This document shows positions 61,963 to 64,000 of a stretch of DNA of 64,000 nt, one piece after another. Both the position numbers and the translations under genes were made by a program. The notes beneath the pieces were generated by a model, which worked only from the letters and a program-made list of their open reading frames with translations, did no database searches and was not told the origin of the DNA. The stretch is taken from contig OZ024740.1 of NCBI GenBank assembly GCA_964016885.1, forward strand, positions 125,302,001 through 125,366,000. The letters are read 5' to 3'. Every line of letters starts with the position of its first letter. Positions within the stretch are counted from its first letter, which is position 1. This DNA comes from Eledone cirrhosa. Its lineage: Eukaryota.

Positions 61963-62613
61963 GTTATTAGGAGTATTCCAAAGCTTGGTAGAACAAGTTG
62001 TGAGGAAAGTTCTCAACATACGTTAAGGTGACTCGACAGGTTGGTAGGGATTCTGTAGTGGAAACACGAACAAACGAGGAGTGTAATCAAAGAAGAGAAA
62101 TAGGACGAAGGTAAACAATTACAAAAGAATTTAATCCACGTATTTACAATTGTTTCATCAGAATTTCAGTCCATTATTGCTACACTATGTTATAATAGGC
62201 AATCAAGAAAGATACTGTGGCATCCAAATTTTCAAAATACAAAGTTGGAATGACCTTAGGAAATGAAATAAGGGGTAGTAGTGTAAGATAGAGGAACAGA
62301 GAGAGAGAGAGGGGCAAAAGCGAGGGAGAGAGAGAGAGAGAAAAGGGATAGAGGAAGGGAGAGAAAGAGAGAAAGAGATAGTGTGGTGTGAGAGGATTTG
62401 TATAGGGAGGGGGAGGAGGGATGTGTGCTAAAAGTTGTGATGAGTAGAGGGAGAGAGAAGGAAGATAGAATTTTAAGAGGCATTTGGAAGTGGACAGGCG
62501 AAAGTCTTACCAGAGAACAGATGAAGGAAGAAAGTATTAAATTTCATATATAGTCTATTTTTAGGGGTGTAGAATTGTTATTTAGGGTAGAAAGATAGGT
62601 AGTGTTAGGATTT

Positions 62614-62697
<84 letters not shown>

Positions 62698-62700
<3 letters not shown>

Positions 62701-62871
62701 ACTAACATAAGCGCACAGATGTACGCTAATGCCAGCAAATACACAGGTTATGTCATAGTACTTAGGTGGTTCAACGCAGGAGGATGCAGAACAATAATAT
62801 AAAAGACGTAAAATAAGAAAATTTAAAAAAAAAAAATTTTTTTTTTTAAATTTTAACTTACTTACTTTACG

Positions 62872-62880
<9 letters not shown>
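62698..62880 (-). repeat. Fragment of the 533-nt hammerhead unit family
   Basis: Reverse complement matches ~31080-31205 (tgtatttgctggcattagcgtacatctgt). Ends in a short fold-back. (AT)n flanks. Confidence 0.85.
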
Positions 62881-62950
<70 letters not shown>

Positions 62951-64000
62951 GAGAGAGAGAGAGGGAGTTAGTTAAATAGACATTGAAAAAAAGGGTTTCT
63001 TTATCAAAGGGCTTTGCCATGGTATACACACTTATCTAATTTATACACTTCATGTATCCACTATATGTGCAAGTGTGTGTGTACTTGAGCTATTGAGTTA
63101 CACACCATTAGACTGCTGGTGGCCTAAACTGTCTCTATGATAGATGTGTGTGCTTTTTATGTGTTCATGAAGATATATATTATATTAAAAGTGTAAGTTT
63201 TCTTTATTTCTTTCTCAACTTATATGATATTTAATATTATTGTTTTCATTTAATTATGTATTTTTTCTTTATCCTGATTTGGCAGGTATGTTTGTTAAAT
63301 TAGACATTCAATTACTAAGCTTAAGATATTTCCATAAAATACTGATTTTATTTCAAAACAAAAGATATTTGTTGTCATCAGGAGAAAATTTACTTCTTCG
63401 ACTGTTTCTGCATACCTGACAGAAAACACTGTGTCAGCAAAAGAGGTCAACCAAGTTAACATCAGTAGATTTTTATCAATTCTAATTCCATTTTCAGAGA
63501 TTAACAATGAAGTTGGGAAGACAATTCTGATGTAATAACTTACCAGATTTCCCTTGCAGAAATAATACACACGAACTTTTTAACCTTATCAAATGGTATG
63601 GTTCAGAGATTAAAACACAGCATTATGTATCTGATGTCAATATAGAATAAATTGATTTATTTAAAGTCTTTAAGATTATAAAGTAGGTAAATATTGTCAT
63701 TGTTTTTAGTTCATAATGTTTTGCTATATACATATTTTCCTATTGTTGTTTTTATTGTTGTTCTTTGTTTTTTTATTCTACTATGGTTCAGTTTCATTGT
63801 CAGTTTTATAAATTTTGGATTAGTATTCCTAGTGATGTACAGTAAGAAGCAAAAGAATAGTTTAACTATAATGATATATTGTTAAGATATTTGGAATATC
63901 TGTGAAAAGCTGAACAAATTCATTTGACATTAAGAAAAGATTGCATGTAAATTAGGATGTTGCCAGTTTTTGCAATAAACTTGCATTTTTCTGGCATTAA

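Overview
AT-rich, microsatellite-laden eukaryotic DNA. The repeat families (tRNA-derived SINEs, RTE LINEs with (GAT)n tails, long (AT)n/(CA)n tracts) suggest a cephalopod, probably Octopus; this is inference. No host gene can be called with confidence, and almost all recognisable sequence is transposon-derived. It includes: a near-intact full-length RTE LINE with a PHD-type finger and ~350-bp tandem 5' repeats; several truncated RTEs; a Tx1-clade LINE inside an (ATCT)n tract; two RLE (CRE-like) LINE scraps; a DD36E Tc1 disrupted by a SINE; non-autonomous Helitrons; MITEs; an LTR; and at least three coding Penelope-like elements (PLEs), one with an uninterrupted 692-aa RT+GIY-YIG ORF. The most notable signal is absent from the ORF track: several unrelated type-I hammerhead ribozyme folds (11863, 15882, 30708/31501, 34359/37689, plus partial ones), some with unusually large domain II. 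Two of them sit in non-coding ~524-nt and ~533-nt terminally repeated units that look like retrozyme-type, PLE-mobilised RNA elements. All folds and alignments were done by eye; boundaries of degenerate elements are approximate.
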